Assembly: GCA_964372245.1 (NCBI GenBank)
Contig: CAYJQE010000003.1
Location: 1-60,578 of the forward strand
DNA: 60,578 bases
Source: an uncultured Candidatus Saccharibacteria bacterium
GTDB lineage: Bacteria; Patescibacteriota; UBA1384; CAYJQE01
Direction of reading: 5' to 3'
How positions within the stretch are numbered: position 1 is the stretch's first letter; the number at the start of each line of letters is the position of its first letter. Of the stretch, positions 26,421-36,457 are shown in pieces. A program made the translations under genes and the position numbers. The notes under the pieces are model-generated. The model was not told where the DNA came from and ran no database searches. It worked only from the letters and a program-made list of their open reading frames with translations.

Positions 26421-27575
26421 CTACTTCAGTTTCCGTCGGATAAAGGTTGGAATATCAAGCTCCGAAGACGAATCATCGTTTTTGACATCCCGTCTGGTAA
26501 AGGGCGCTCTTTCCGACTCGGGCTCCTTATCCTCAATCGCCCCATCTCCCGATTGAGCGAATTGACCGGCTAACTGACGATCCTTTTCGACCGAAGAGGC
26601 CTTCATCTGTTTGTATTCAGCGTCAAAACCGGTTGCGATAACCGTGATCTTGACCTGACCGGACATCGCTTCATCGATAATCGCCCCGAAAATCGTGTTG
26701 CATTCCGGGTCGGAAGCCTCGGTGATCGCCTTGGCCGCTTCATCTATCTCATACATACCGAGATCCGGCCCGCCGGTAATGTTGAATAGAATGCCCTTCG
26801 CCCCGTCAATCGAAAGTTCAAGGAGAGGGCTGTCAATCGCGGCTCGGGCCGCCTCGATTGCCCGATTGTCGCCTTGAGCGATGCCGATGCCCATCAAGGC
26901 CGAACCGGAATCTTGAAGAATCGCTTTAACATCGGCAAAGTCAACATTGATGATGCCATGCAAAGTGATGAGATCGGAGATGCCTTGAACGCCCTGACGC
27001 AGAACATCATCAACGATCGAAAAAGCGTCGAAGAGAGTGGTCTTCTTGTCAATGACCTGAAGCAGACGATCGTTGGGAACGGTGATTAGGGCGTCAACTT
27101 TCTCTCGCATCTCCTCAATCGCCTCTTCGGCGATCCGTCTCCGTCTTTGACCCTCAAAAGTAAAAGGCTTAGTGACGACGCCGAGCGTCAAGGCGCCCAA
27201 CTCTTTGGCAATGTCGGCGACGAGTGGAGCGGCGCCTGAACCGGTGCCGCCTCCCATGCCGCAAGTGACAAAAACCATATCCGAACCCTTGAGGGCTTCA
27301 TAGACTTCTTCCTTGTTTTCTTCTATCGCTTTCCGGCCAACTTCCGGATCGGCGCCGGCGCCCAGTCCCCGAGTTTCCTCTTTGCCGATCTGAATCTTTA
27401 GCGGCGCCTCGTTGTTGGCTAGCGCTTGAGCGTCGGTGTTGATAGCGATAAATTCAACCCCCTTAAGTTTTTTGGCAATCATTCGAGTCAGGGCCGCGCC
27501 GCCTGAACCGCCAACCCCGGCGACTTTGATCGAAGCCGCGGACTCGTATTCCGATATCATCGTTTTGTCGTTCAT
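26421..27575 (-). CDS. ftsZ: Cell division protein FtsZ
   Basis: GMGGGTGSG tubulin signature, INVDFADV, C-terminal [10 protein letters not shown]. Confidence 0.99.
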   Translation of the reverse strand: MNDKTMISEYESAASIKVAGVGGSGGAALTRMIAKKLKGVEFIAINTDAQALANNEAPLKIQIGKEETRGLGAGADPEVGRKAIEENKEEVYEALKGSDMVFVTCGMGGGTGSGAAPLVADIAKELGALTLGVVTKPFTFEGQRRRRIAEEAIEEMREKVDALITVPNDRLLQVIDKKTTLFDAFSIVDDVLRQGVQGISDLITLHGIINVDFADVKAILQDSGSALMGIGIAQGDNRAIEAARAAIDSPLLELSIDGAKGILFNITGGPDLGMYEIDEAAKAITEASDPECNTIFGAIIDEAMSGQVKITVIATGFDAEYKQMKASSVEKDRQLAGQFAQSGDGAIEDKEPESERAPFTRRDVKNDDSSSELDIPTFIRRKLK

Positions 27576-27763
27576 TAACTCACCCTCTATTAGCCCTACC
27601 GTCTTTCGTTCTTTTTGTAAAGCTATCTTAAACCAAATAATAAAAAAAGTCCCTCCCTGGTCTTTTTTACAAGCTCGCCAAGGCTGGCTCTACCGAGCCT
27701 GCTTGTAAGTTTCGTTTAAAGTGGCCAGTAAAAATGGCTCCCAAAGCCTGTTATTTGGGAGAA

Positions 27764-27784
27764 AAAAAGGCTCCTGACCCCTTT
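27764..27784 (-). repeat. Short interspersed repeat, copy 2 of 3, flanked by a GGCTCCCAAAG motif and degenerate CCCCTTTCTTT iterations
   Basis: Same 21-nt core as 2308 and 41609; the flanking ATGGCTCCCAAAG is shared with copy 3. Confidence 0.7.
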
Positions 27785-27829
27785 CTTTGACCCCTTTCTT
27801 TCCCCTTTCTTTCCCTTTTTCTTTTTGGA

Positions 27830-29092
27830 TCAGTAAAACTGCTTAAAAAAAGACTGGATCCGTTCGACAATCCTGATCTGGCCGGGCGCTTTAAGATTTA
27901 ACCTCGGCAACGAGAAAATCCGCTTCGGTTTAGCTTCTTCCAAACCCCAAAGCATCAAACCAGAGCTCGCGGCGTAGATCGGGTCGTCGGTTCGATCAAT
28001 CATCCCGCCAAGCGGAACTATCGGCGAGCCGACTTGGGCCGGCAGATGGAGAATCTCCTTGCCAAGCTCGACCAGCCCGTCAATCCGACTACCGCCGCCG
28101 GCGAAGATCGCCCCGGCTGGCAACCGGCCGTCTCGGCCAACTATTTTCAGCTGATCGCGAACGAGCAGAAAGATTTCGTGGAGTCGGGCCTCGATAATCT
28201 CGGAGACATACTTGAGCGAGGCCACGCCTTCGTCCTGCCGACCGATTTTCGAGAGATCAAGATTATCATTATCGGAAAATTTCGAGGGAATGGCCGATCC
28301 GTATTTAATCTTGACGATCTCGGCCGTGTCAATCGAGACTCTAAGACCTATAGCGACATCGTTGGTGATATGTTCGGCGCCGATCGGAATGACGCCCGAA
28401 GTCAGAACATCGCCATCTTCAAAGACCGCGAAGTTCGTCGAGCCGGCGCCGAGATCAATGAGAATAACGCCGAGCTCTCGTTGACGTTTCGAAAGAAGGA
28501 CTTTGGCCGTTGCCAAGGGCGAGAAGACGAGCTCGTCAATCTCCAGTCCTGCCTGATAAACGCACTTGGTCAAATTTTTAATCAAGGTTGACGCGCCAGA
28601 GATAACATGAGTTTCAACCTCAAGCCGGACACCATTCATCCCGACCGGATCGGTTATGCCCTCTTGGCCGTCGAGAACGAACTTTTTCGGGATGACATGA
28701 AGAATCTCCTGATTGACCGGAAGGTTAACCGCCCTTGAGGCCTCGATAACCCGGTCGACATCCTCCTCGGAAATCTCACCGTCGGCTCGCGAGACGGCGA
28801 TAACGCCTTGGCTGTCAAGGTTAGAGATCGGTTGGCCGCCGATTGAAACAACGGCGTGATTGACGGCTACGCCGCTCATCCGCTCGGCGTCTTCGAGAGC
28901 GGCGGTAATGGCCGAAACGGTATCGTCAAGACTCACAACCACTCCCCGGCGAAGACCTTGGGCCGGGGCCAAACCATAGCCGCTGATATTGACCAAACTC
29001 CCATCCTCCCGGCCGATAGTAACCGCGACTTTGGTCGAACCAATATCCAGTCCGACACTGACAGGGATCTTTTTTAAGCCGTCTCGGGCCAA
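27830..29092 (-). CDS. ftsA: Cell division protein FtsA
   Basis: GLDIGSTK, GLRRGVVV, IDLGAGST, HITNDVAIGL, IIEARLHEI. Confidence 0.97.
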   Translation of the reverse strand: MARDGLKKIPVSVGLDIGSTKVAVTIGREDGSLVNISGYGLAPAQGLRRGVVVSLDDTVSAITAALEDAERMSGVAVNHAVVSIGGQPISNLDSQGVIAVSRADGEISEEDVDRVIEASRAVNLPVNQEILHVIPKKFVLDGQEGITDPVGMNGVRLEVETHVISGASTLIKNLTKCVYQAGLEIDELVFSPLATAKVLLSKRQRELGVILIDLGAGSTNFAVFEDGDVLTSGVIPIGAEHITNDVAIGLRVSIDTAEIVKIKYGSAIPSKFSDNDNLDLSKIGRQDEGVASLKYVSEIIEARLHEIFLLVRDQLKIVGRDGRLPAGAIFAGGGSRIDGLVELGKEILHLPAQVGSPIVPLGGMIDRTDDPIYAASSGLMLWGLEEAKPKRIFSLPRLNLKAPGQIRIVERIQSFFKQFY

Positions 29093-29526
29093 AGACTGCC
29101 TCCTTTATCGTTGTGATGCCTCCCCAAAAGATGGCGACCGGCGTGGATAACTAACCGATTCACCCGCTCCTGAAAACGATCTTCCGAGACTGAAGATACT
29201 TTCATCTCCGCCCTAACCCGACTCTCGCAGATTATGATACTGCCGAGCAAGATCAGAGGGAGAGCTGGTTTTATTCTAAACGCGTAAGTCGGAAAACTCA
29301 AGACATCGGTTGAGACCGATTTTTGACGATAAAGCCGATTCAGACGAAAAATCTCCTTTTCCGAAACAAGTCCGAGCTCAACCTTCAGCTTGCTCGTCTC
29401 GGGTATTTCCCGAAAGACTTTCTGTTTTTCAAACCAGCGCTCGAGCCGAGAAACGGCCTCGACTAAAAAATCGGGCGATCCCTTGGGATAGACGACAACC
29501 TCAAGCCGACAATTTTGAGTCTCCAA
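29074..29526 (-). CDS. ybeY: Endoribonuclease YbeY
   Basis: LNRLYR...TDVLSFP, LGSIII, H-x3-H-x5-H metal motif (HAGRHLLGRHH). Confidence 0.88.
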   Translation of the reverse strand: METQNCRLEVVVYPKGSPDFLVEAVSRLERWFEKQKVFREIPETSKLKVELGLVSEKEIFRLNRLYRQKSVSTDVLSFPTYAFRIKPALPLILLGSIIICESRVRAEMKVSSVSEDRFQERVNRLVIHAGRHLLGRHHNDKGGSLWPETA

Positions 29527-29540
29527 CCGACGACCAAAAA

Positions 29541-29984
29541 TTAAGATTTCAACTCTTCGGCCACAATCGCCGCCACTCGACCGCCGCCAGCCCGATTGCT
29601 AATTTTTGACAGGACCTGTCCGGTAATTGGGCCGGCCTTGATCTCAGCGCCCGAGAGCTTTTCGATTGTCGCTCTGACGACCATTCTGATCTCATCGTCA
29701 GACATCTGCTCCGGCAAAAAACCGGCTATCAGATCAAGCTCGTATCTCTCTTTCCCAACGAGTTCCTCCCGACCGGCCTTTTGGTATTCCTCAATCGCCT
29801 CTCGCCTTTTTTTAGCTTCTTGATTAAGAACCAAGAGTTCGTCCGATTCCGAAAGCTCCCGCCTGACCTCGATCGCCTTGTTCTGAAGGGCCGACAATAT
29901 CTGGCGAAGCGAGATCAGCCGAACTGAATCGCGAGCCTTAAGAGCCAAGTTTATCTCTTGCCTCAAGGTCTGAACTAAACTCAT
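29541..29984 (-). CDS. yqeY: GatB/YqeY domain protein
   Basis: ALKARD...LRQILSALQN...EAKKRREAIEEYQKAGR...E...IAGFLPEQMS; ATG overlaps the rpsU stop (TGATG). Confidence 0.92.
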   Translation of the reverse strand: MSLVQTLRQEINLALKARDSVRLISLRQILSALQNKAIEVRRELSESDELLVLNQEAKKRREAIEEYQKAGREELVGKERYELDLIAGFLPEQMSDDEIRMVVRATIEKLSGAEIKAGPITGQVLSKISNRAGGGRVAAIVAEELKS

Positions 29985-30238
29985 CACCAACCCCTCTTTG
30001 TGAGCCTAATCTTCTCTTTTCGGCTGGCAATGTCTCGACGACGACGACGATTAGGCTTCTTGATGAAAAACCGTCGTTCTCGAACGATGGCCGCGATACC
30101 ATAGCTTTGGGCGTCGCGATTGAATCGCCGGACCAAGGCTTGAGCGGCCTCGCCCGGTTTTTGGTCAACCACAACCAGACCGCTGTCAGCCGAGCGATGG
30201 CCCTTTTTGGCATCATGTTCTTTCTGGCTATCTATCAA
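29984..30238 (-). CDS. rpsU: 30S ribosomal protein bS21 (start uncertain)
   Basis: GEAAQALVRRFNR...RERRFFIKKPNRRRRR; HIT-rpsU-yqeY-ybeY synteny. Confidence 0.8.
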   Translation of the reverse strand: MIDSQKEHDAKKGHRSADSGLVVVDQKPGEAAQALVRRFNRDAQSYGIAAIVRERRFFIKKPNRRRRRDIASRKEKIRLTKRGW

Positions 30239-30639
30239 CTTTTCCCCGATTAAATTATTCCAGTTTACCCCGAGGAATAATATCAGAACAACCGGAAAAT
30301 TGAAAGTCGGTCTGAAGCGACCGCTTTGTAAAAAGCCGCCTCTTGTCGAGGATAAAGTTCCAAAACTCGGAGTTGTTTTTTTTTAGCGCGGCTTGGCGCC
30401 AGCTTTGGCCCTCTGTTCGAGAAGCCGGTCGAGAAAAACCGGAATCCCAAAAAAAGCTCTTTACCCAGCCTTTGAAAACTACTTTTTTTGGAGGCAGAGT
30501 TCTTACGAACGACCGATCGGCGCGAAGACTGGCTGCCGGCTTGAGGAGCGGCCGGCCCACTTCAATGCTCTTTGAGTTCTTTTCTTAGCAAGGAGACCGT
30601 CCCCTGTTTTCCCGTTGCCCCCTTCAACCAGAAGAGCTT

Positions 30640-30954
30640 TTAATCGGCCAGAAAATGAAGATGGAGGTGATCTATGACCTGACCGGCTTTTTTCCCGACA
30701 TTGATCTGGATTTTGTAATTTTGCAGGTTGAGCTTTTTCGAGACATCTTGGGCTTCGAGCACTAGACGACCGGCCAATTCGAGATCGGAGTTTTCGAGCT
30801 GGTTGACCGATTCGATGTGACGATTCGGAACGATCAAAAAATGGTGAGGCGCTTTGGGATTGACATCCTTGAAGACCGTCAACTCCCGATTCTGGTTGAT
30901 AATCTCGGCCGGGGTTGAAAGCTCGACTATTCGGCAAAAAACACAACCGTCCAT
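30640..30954 (-). CDS. HIT (histidine triad) family nucleotide hydrolase
   Basis: CVFCRI, DVNPKAPHHFLIVP, GQVIDHLHLH. Confidence 0.95.
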   Translation of the reverse strand: MDGCVFCRIVELSTPAEIINQNRELTVFKDVNPKAPHHFLIVPNRHIESVNQLENSDLELAGRLVLEAQDVSKKLNLQNYKIQINVGKKAGQVIDHLHLHFLAD

Positions 30955-31041
30955 ATTTCAGGCTTACCAAAAAGAGAGTGGTTTGTACAGCTCCTGTCTC
31001 AACCGACCAGATCGGTCGCAAATTGGTTGGACAAGGTTAGC

Positions 31042-31143
31042 GGGACTGGTTGAAAACTTCCTCATCGATAACTCCTTTCTGAAGCAACTTTCCGTCCTGC
31101 AATTTTGAGGATGAAGTCTCCACGATGTGTCTGAACCTACGCA
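31042..31143 (-). mobile_element. 102-bp miniature remnant of an IS3-family element
   Basis: IRL TGCGTAGGTTCAGACACATCGTGGAGAC (31143-31116), AAGGAG SD and ATG AGG AAG TTT TCA (MRKFS, orfA-like start), joined directly to a degenerate IRR; 51/61 nt identical to the end of the 38401-38781 element. Confidence 0.7.
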
Positions 31144-31211
31144 GTATTTTTGATGATAATAATATACAATGTTCTTTCCCTATCGGGCGCGAGGCGTGGT
31201 ATAATACGTTT

Positions 31212-31908
31212 ATGAATTTAGAAAAAGCGTTGATTCAATCAGGATTGACCGAAAGAGACGCCGGTTGGCAAACTAACCACAAAGTTTGGCCTCCATCGAG
31301 AACTGGTTTATGGAGCGCTGAAAAGGCTCCAGCAACAAGGTTATGTGACTACAACTGAAAAGAAAAAGATCCGCCATTATGTCGCGGAAGGTCCACAATC
31401 CCTGATCGCAAAAACTCGACAAAATCTTGAACTGGCTTCGCCGATTCTGCCCGAGTTGAAAACCCTTTATAAGCAAGTCCCGACGGTTGTTAGAACCTAT
31501 GAAGGCCCTGAAGGCTACGAGGAAATCCAACGGGATATTCAAAACTCTTTTAGAGATGGTCAAAAATACTACGTCATTGGCGCTTAGGGTGGGCAATGGT
31601 ACGAGATCACCAAAGATTTTTATAAAACCTATCGAAAAAAGTGCCTCAAGCGCAATATCCATATCCAGATAGTCGCCCATCGCAATGAAGCTCAAAACCT
31701 GCTTGAACGAGAAGTGCCTGGCTTTGCCGAAATTCGAGTCCTCCCCCAGCAGTACGCCGCCCCCTCTTCAACTAAAATCTACGCCGATAAAATCGTTCTC
31801 CAAGTCTTTGGCGAGCGTCCGGCGGCGGTGATGATTCAATCCCAAGCGGTTGCCGAAACCCATAAAACCTGTTTTCAGACGCTCTGGAGTATCGCTAGAC
31901 CGGTTTAA
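31212..31908 (+). pseudogene. TrmB-family transcriptional regulator pseudogene
   Basis: MNLEKALIQSGLTER, then a frameshift into ETPVGKLTTKFGLHRELVYGALKRL (wHTH); in-frame TAG at 31585-31587; frame continues to ...FQTLWSIARPV. Confidence 0.8.
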
Positions 31909-32216
31909 TTTACCGATATAATAAACCACCGCAAGCATCTTTTAGTCGGTTTTAGGCCAGAAATAATTTTTAAGATTTGAGAAAAGGACGCTAAACGTCC
32001 TAGACTTTTACAGGCTCTTACAACACCGGGGCTGTAAGGTTTGAAAAAAGCGGTCCGGAAAGCCGTCTTGCTCTCGGTCCAGCTAATTGACAACCGGGCT
32101 CGTCGCGAGAAAAACCCCGACCCTGTCCCCCGCTTGGCCGTCCCGTTTCACCGCCAACCGATCACCCAATTTCCCAGCGTGAGATAAAACTGAAACTTTA
32201 CGCTCAAAAGGGAGAA

Positions 32217-33512
32217 CTATATCTCGCCCGTTTGCTCTCTGATCGTTTCCAAAAACTCTTGAATCTTTTTCTCGAAACCGACAGATTTTGGATTATAAAA
32301 GACACTCCCTTTGAGGTTTTCAGGCAAATAGTCCTGTTTTACATGGCCGCCAAAGGCGTGGGGATATTTATAATCACGGCCGGCCCCAAGTTGACGGAGC
32401 AGTTCGGCTGGCGCGTTCCTTAAGTGGAGCGGAACCGGTTCTAATCTTCGTTCATCAACAGCTCTTTTTGCCCGACTTAAGCCCTCGTAGGCCGCGTTGC
32501 TCTTTGGCGCCGTCGAGAGATAGGTTACGGTTTGAGCCAAGATCAACTGGGCTTCCGGCATCCCAATCATATGGGCGGCCTGCATCGCCGCCGTCGCGAC
32601 AACTAGAGCTTGGGGATCGGCGTTCCCGATATCTTCCGAGGCAAGAATCGTCAACCGCCGAGCGATAAAAACCGGATCTTCGCCGGCCTGAACCATTCTG
32701 GCCAACCAGTAGAGGGCGGCGTTCGGATCGGAACCGCGGATACTTTTGATCAAGGCTGAAATTGTGTCGTAATGATTATCGCCCTTTTTGTCAAAATAGA
32801 TCGCCTTTCTTTGAACCGCCTGTTCAGCGATCGAAAGGGTGATGTTCCTAGCCATAAAGGCTCCGAGCTCCAAAGCGTTCAGGGCGGTCCGGCCGTCGCC
32901 GTTGGCCGTCTTGACGATGTGAGTTAGGGCCTCGGGCGCGATCGTATGAGTCGGATAGGCTCGTTTCATCGCTCGGTTGAGAATCAAACGGATGTCATCG
33001 TCCGACAAGAGATCGAGAACATAGACCTTGGCCCTGGAAATTAAAGGAGCGTTAATCTCAAAGGCCGGATTTTCAGTTGTGGCGCCAATCAAAACGATCG
33101 TGCCATCTTCGACCGCCGGCAAAAAAGCGTCCTGTTGAGCTTTGTTAAATCGGTGAATTTCGTCAACAAAAAGAATCGTCCGCTTTTTTTCAAGTTTCAG
33201 CCTATCCCTGGCTTCAACCAGAACCCGCCGGACGTCGTTTACCGAAGCGGTGACGGCCGAAAACTCCTCAAATTGAGATCTCGTTTGGCCGGCGATCAGC
33301 CGAGCCAGAGTCGTCTTGCCGGAACCGGGCGGGCCCCAGAGGATAATCGAGGTCAGATTGTCGCCCGAGATCAATCTGGTCAACGCTTTGCCCGGACCTA
33401 AAAGTCTTTTTTGCCCGACAAAATCATCAAGACCGACCGGCCTCATCCTCTCGGCTAGCGGCGCGACTTGGCCTCGGACTTGATTGAAACTTTCGTCAAA
33501 AAGGTCTTTCAT
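32217..33512 (-). CDS. rarA: Replication-associated recombination AAA+ ATPase RarA/MgsA
   Basis: PLAERMRP, WGPPGSGKTT, FVDEIHRFNKAQQD, YDTISALIKSIRGSDPNAA. Confidence 0.97.
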   Translation of the reverse strand: MKDLFDESFNQVRGQVAPLAERMRPVGLDDFVGQKRLLGPGKALTRLISGDNLTSIILWGPPGSGKTTLARLIAGQTRSQFEEFSAVTASVNDVRRVLVEARDRLKLEKKRTILFVDEIHRFNKAQQDAFLPAVEDGTIVLIGATTENPAFEINAPLISRAKVYVLDLLSDDDIRLILNRAMKRAYPTHTIAPEALTHIVKTANGDGRTALNALELGAFMARNITLSIAEQAVQRKAIYFDKKGDNHYDTISALIKSIRGSDPNAALYWLARMVQAGEDPVFIARRLTILASEDIGNADPQALVVATAAMQAAHMIGMPEAQLILAQTVTYLSTAPKSNAAYEGLSRAKRAVDERRLEPVPLHLRNAPAELLRQLGAGRDYKYPHAFGGHVKQDYLPENLKGSVFYNPKSVGFEKKIQEFLETIREQTGEI

Positions 33513-33653
33513 CTGGCGTGGGAAACAAGACCACTATATCATCTCCGCCTCTTGTCAAGAAGCTCGGCGGCGGTTGCCGCGCTTTCAATCCCTTGTTCTC
33601 AAGACGGCCACGCCCTTTATCGGTTCTGAAAACAAAAAAAGGCCTTGCTAGAC

Positions 33654-33682
33654 TTGACAATCAGCCATTCGTAGCCTATAAT
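33654..33682 (+). promoter_or_regulatory. Perfect consensus sigma70 promoter TTGACA-17-TATAAT
   Basis: -35 at 33654-33659, -10 at 33677-33682. Confidence 0.9.
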
Positions 33683-33776
33683 TCTCTGACCCTCGGTTTA
33701 ATTCGAGATAAGACTCTGGCGAGTAGGTTAGAGTTCTTTTTCTTGATAAGGACCGAATCGAGGAGAGATTTTAATT

Positions 33777-34430
33777 ATGAACCAACTCATCCGCCTGTGG
33801 ATGAGGAGGGGAATCAGGATCCTTAGGGATCGGCTTGAAAATCTAGTCCTGACCATCAAATCCCGGCCTTTCGAGGTCGGACCTTTTCTGATCAGTCTGA
33901 TTGTCCTTTCGCGGCTCCTAATGCCGGCCGGAGAGAGTTATCAGCCGGTCAAGTTGGCGATGGCCGAAGATCGCCTTTACGCGACCGAGTCGGGAAGGAT
34001 CATCAGCTTTAAGCCGGAAAAACGAGCTCGGCCTATGCCTAAAAGGCGTAAAGCGCCAGTCGAAAACCGAGACTTTACCGATCTCTATCAATCGGCGGCC
34101 GAACGGTTTGGCGTTCCTTGGCAGCTCTTGAAGGCTGTTCATTACATCGAGTCCGGCGGCCGAGGCGACTCTGATGTTCGATCGCGGGCCGGCGCGACCG
34201 GTCCGATGCAGTTTATGGCCGACACTTGGCGACGTTACGGCTTTGACGCCAACAATGATGGACAAAAAGATATCACCTCGGTTGAAGATAGCGTTTTTGG
34301 AGCCGCCAACTACCTGGCTGAAAATGGCGCCAGCGCTGACAAAATTGATCAGGCTCTCTACCGCTACAACCGATCGGTGAGTTATGTTGCCAAAGTCAAG
34401 GAAATCGCCGACTCGATAGAACCTCTCTAA
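33777..34430 (+). CDS. Lytic transglycosylase (SLT-like domain) with N-terminal membrane anchor
   Basis: YQSAAERFGVPWQLLKAVHYIES (catalytic Glu), AGATGPMQF, AANYL, ALYRYN. Confidence 0.9.
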   Translation: MNQLIRLWMRRGIRILRDRLENLVLTIKSRPFEVGPFLISLIVLSRLLMPAGESYQPVKLAMAEDRLYATESGRIISFKPEKRARPMPKRRKAPVENRDFTDLYQSAAERFGVPWQLLKAVHYIESGGRGDSDVRSRAGATGPMQFMADTWRRYGFDANNDGQKDITSVEDSVFGAANYLAENGASADKIDQALYRYNRSVSYVAKVKEIADSIEPL

Positions 34431-34459
34431 CCAAAAGGCCCCCGCGAGGGGCCTTTTGG
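34431..34459. terminator. Bidirectional intrinsic terminator
   Basis: CCAAAAGGCCCC-CGCGA-GGGGCCTTTTGG immediately after the stop, between convergent genes. Confidence 0.85.
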
Positions 34460-34568
34460 GGTCTGCGAAGGGCCGCGAGGTCAGGCTTTTAGGCGGCTGA
34501 TTGAACTGACAAGCTTTAGATTTCAAAGTCAGGCCGGCTCTTAAGTCGGCTCCTAGACCTCGTCTCCG

Positions 34569-35354
34569 TCACTCGAATTTAACATATTCCTGCTCGACCG
34601 ACCGGCGGCGGATTTCAACCAGCTCGAGCTTGCTTAAAATAAACACCATCAGCCAGACGAGGAATACCGCGCCGTAGTGAATAAAGGGCGAGATGACAAT
34701 CAAAGAGATAAAGATGACCAGAGCGAGGAAAGTCGGCAAAACAAAAGGCATTTTTGCCGCTGCTTCAATAGACTGACTAACTGGTCGCAATTTAGCTTCC
34801 AGATCAGGTTCGGCTTCGCGGTCAAGCGAGCTTCGGGTCAGTCGCCGACTGATAATGGCGATTGATTCTTGAGTGATAATGTCGGGTTGACCGGCGGCAA
34901 AATTAGAGATACGGACGGCCAAAAGGCTTGAAACGGCCAGCAGAAAAACCAATGTCAAAATCGCTAGACTGCCGGTGATGGTCCGTGGCCTTAAGGTTAA
35001 ATTGTCATGTTGAGCCTGTTTAACTTGATTCTCGGCCACAAAAACGGCGTAACCGACCACAAGGCCGATCAACAGCAAACCGAGTTTTAAAGGCTCGGAA
35101 TTCAAAACCGTGAGACCGAATAGGACCGGGTAGATATTTTGATAGGCCGTGCTGCCTTCGACCAAGCTGGTAACGCCTAATGTCGCGAGGAAAAAGATCA
35201 AAAGAAGGCTCGGGAGCAGAAGACTCCGGCTTAAGGTGATAGCTTGCAAATCAGAGTTCTCGAAAGCCGATGTCAGTGTCGCCAAGGACCGCCAAAAAAA
35301 GAAGAGGGAGAAAAGGCCGGCAATTTTTAAACTGTGCCAAAGGATGTGCCCCAC
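34569..35354 (-). CDS. Polytopic membrane protein, unknown function
   Basis: 261 aa with about six hydrophobic segments; GTG lies 6 nt after TATGCT. Confidence 0.75.
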   Translation of the reverse strand: MGHILWHSLKIAGLFSLFFFWRSLATLTSAFENSDLQAITLSRSLLLPSLLLIFFLATLGVTSLVEGSTAYQNIYPVLFGLTVLNSEPLKLGLLLIGLVVGYAVFVAENQVKQAQHDNLTLRPRTITGSLAILTLVFLLAVSSLLAVRISNFAAGQPDIITQESIAIISRRLTRSSLDREAEPDLEAKLRPVSQSIEAAAKMPFVLPTFLALVIFISLIVISPFIHYGAVFLVWLMVFILSKLELVEIRRRSVEQEYVKFE

Positions 35355-35458
35355 AAGTTCAGCATAGCTTTAGCGGGGTGAATTCAAAATCAGGGAGCCT
35401 CCGAATGATTATGGCCAACAAATCTTTAGATTATTTCCCGCGGCCCGCGCCGGTATTT

Positions 35459-36457
35459 TCAGCCTCGGGCTTCATCTTTCCATGTCCCCCAATCAATTGT
35501 GATCGCCGGCCGGCCTTGTTTTTTCATAATATATTCAAAGGCCGATAGAGCCGCGCTTGCCCCTTCGCCGGCCGAGATGACGATCTGCTTGTACGGATTT
35601 TGGGTTAAATCACCAGCCGCGAATACTCCCTCAAGAGAGGTCTCTTGTCGGCGATTGACAAGAACTTCTTGATTTTCATCGAACTCGACCAGCTTTTTTA
35701 CAAAATCGGCCTTAATGCCGTAACCAATTTGAACAAACAAACCGTCGAGCCTTAATCTTTCCGGTCGGCCATCGGGCTTAAAGTCGCCAGCTTTGAAAAA
35801 CGCTTTTTCAATCTCGATTGCCTGGAGCCGGCCTTTTCCCGAGACCAGCTTGGTTACAATAAAGCCTCGATGGTAAACGATGTTGTTTAAGGCTTTAAGC
35901 CTCTCGAGCAATATCGCCTCGGCCCGAAATTCTCGCCGCCGGTGGATAAGATGAACTTCTTTGGCGATCGGGCTGGCCAGCGCCGCCCCCTCGATTGCCG
36001 AATTGCCTCCGCCAACAATCGCCACCGTCTTGCCCTTAAAGCCCAAAATCTCCTCTGAAACCGAGTAGCTCAAGCCCTTGCCGATCAGCTGATGCTCGTT
36101 CTCAAGCTCAAGCGAGGTCGGAGATTTACCAAAAGTCAAGATAACCGACTGCGCAAAAATCGTCCTTGACGGGGTCTTGATTAAAAAGTTTTTATCCTTC
36201 ATCTTCTCGACCGAAAGAACAACATCAAAGAGATAGTCGGCGCCGGCCTTTTTCGCCTGCTCCAAAAAAACCGTCATCAACTCCCGACCATGGACGAGAC
36301 TGATGCCCGGGTAGTTTTCGATGTGAGGCGTCGTTGTCGCCTGACCACCGAGATCTTTCGAGACAAGCAGAGTCGAGAGGCCTCGCCGAGCGCCATAGAT
36401 GGCGGCCGTCAAGCCAGCCGGACCGGCTCCGATAATTACTAGATCCTTTTTGACCAT
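35459..36457 (-). CDS. Thioredoxin-reductase-fold FAD/NADPH oxidoreductase lacking the CxxC motif
   Basis: [35 protein letters not shown]; the usual SYCATC is replaced by SYSVSE; no Cys in the protein. Confidence 0.88.
   Translation of the reverse strand: MVKKDLVIIGAGPAGLTAAIYGARRGLSTLLVSKDLGGQATTTPHIENYPGISLVHGRELMTVFLEQAKKAGADYLFDVVLSVEKMKDKNFLIKTPSRTIFAQSVILTFGKSPTSLELENEHQLIGKGLSYSVSEEILGFKGKTVAIVGGGNSAIEGAALASPIAKEVHLIHRRREFRAEAILLERLKALNNIVYHRGFIVTKLVSGKGRLQAIEIEKAFFKAGDFKPDGRPERLRLDGLFVQIGYGIKADFVKKLVEFDENQEVLVNRRQETSLEGVFAAGDLTQNPYKQIVISAGEGASAALSAFEYIMKKQGRPAITIDWGTWKDEARG

Noticed and set aside
31104-31143. Fluoride-riboswitch or RecF-like (THRGD) reading of the repeated GGATG(A/G)AGTCTCC motif
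   Set aside because: Fully explained as the IS3-family terminal inverted repeat; the riboswitch pseudoknot partner is missing.
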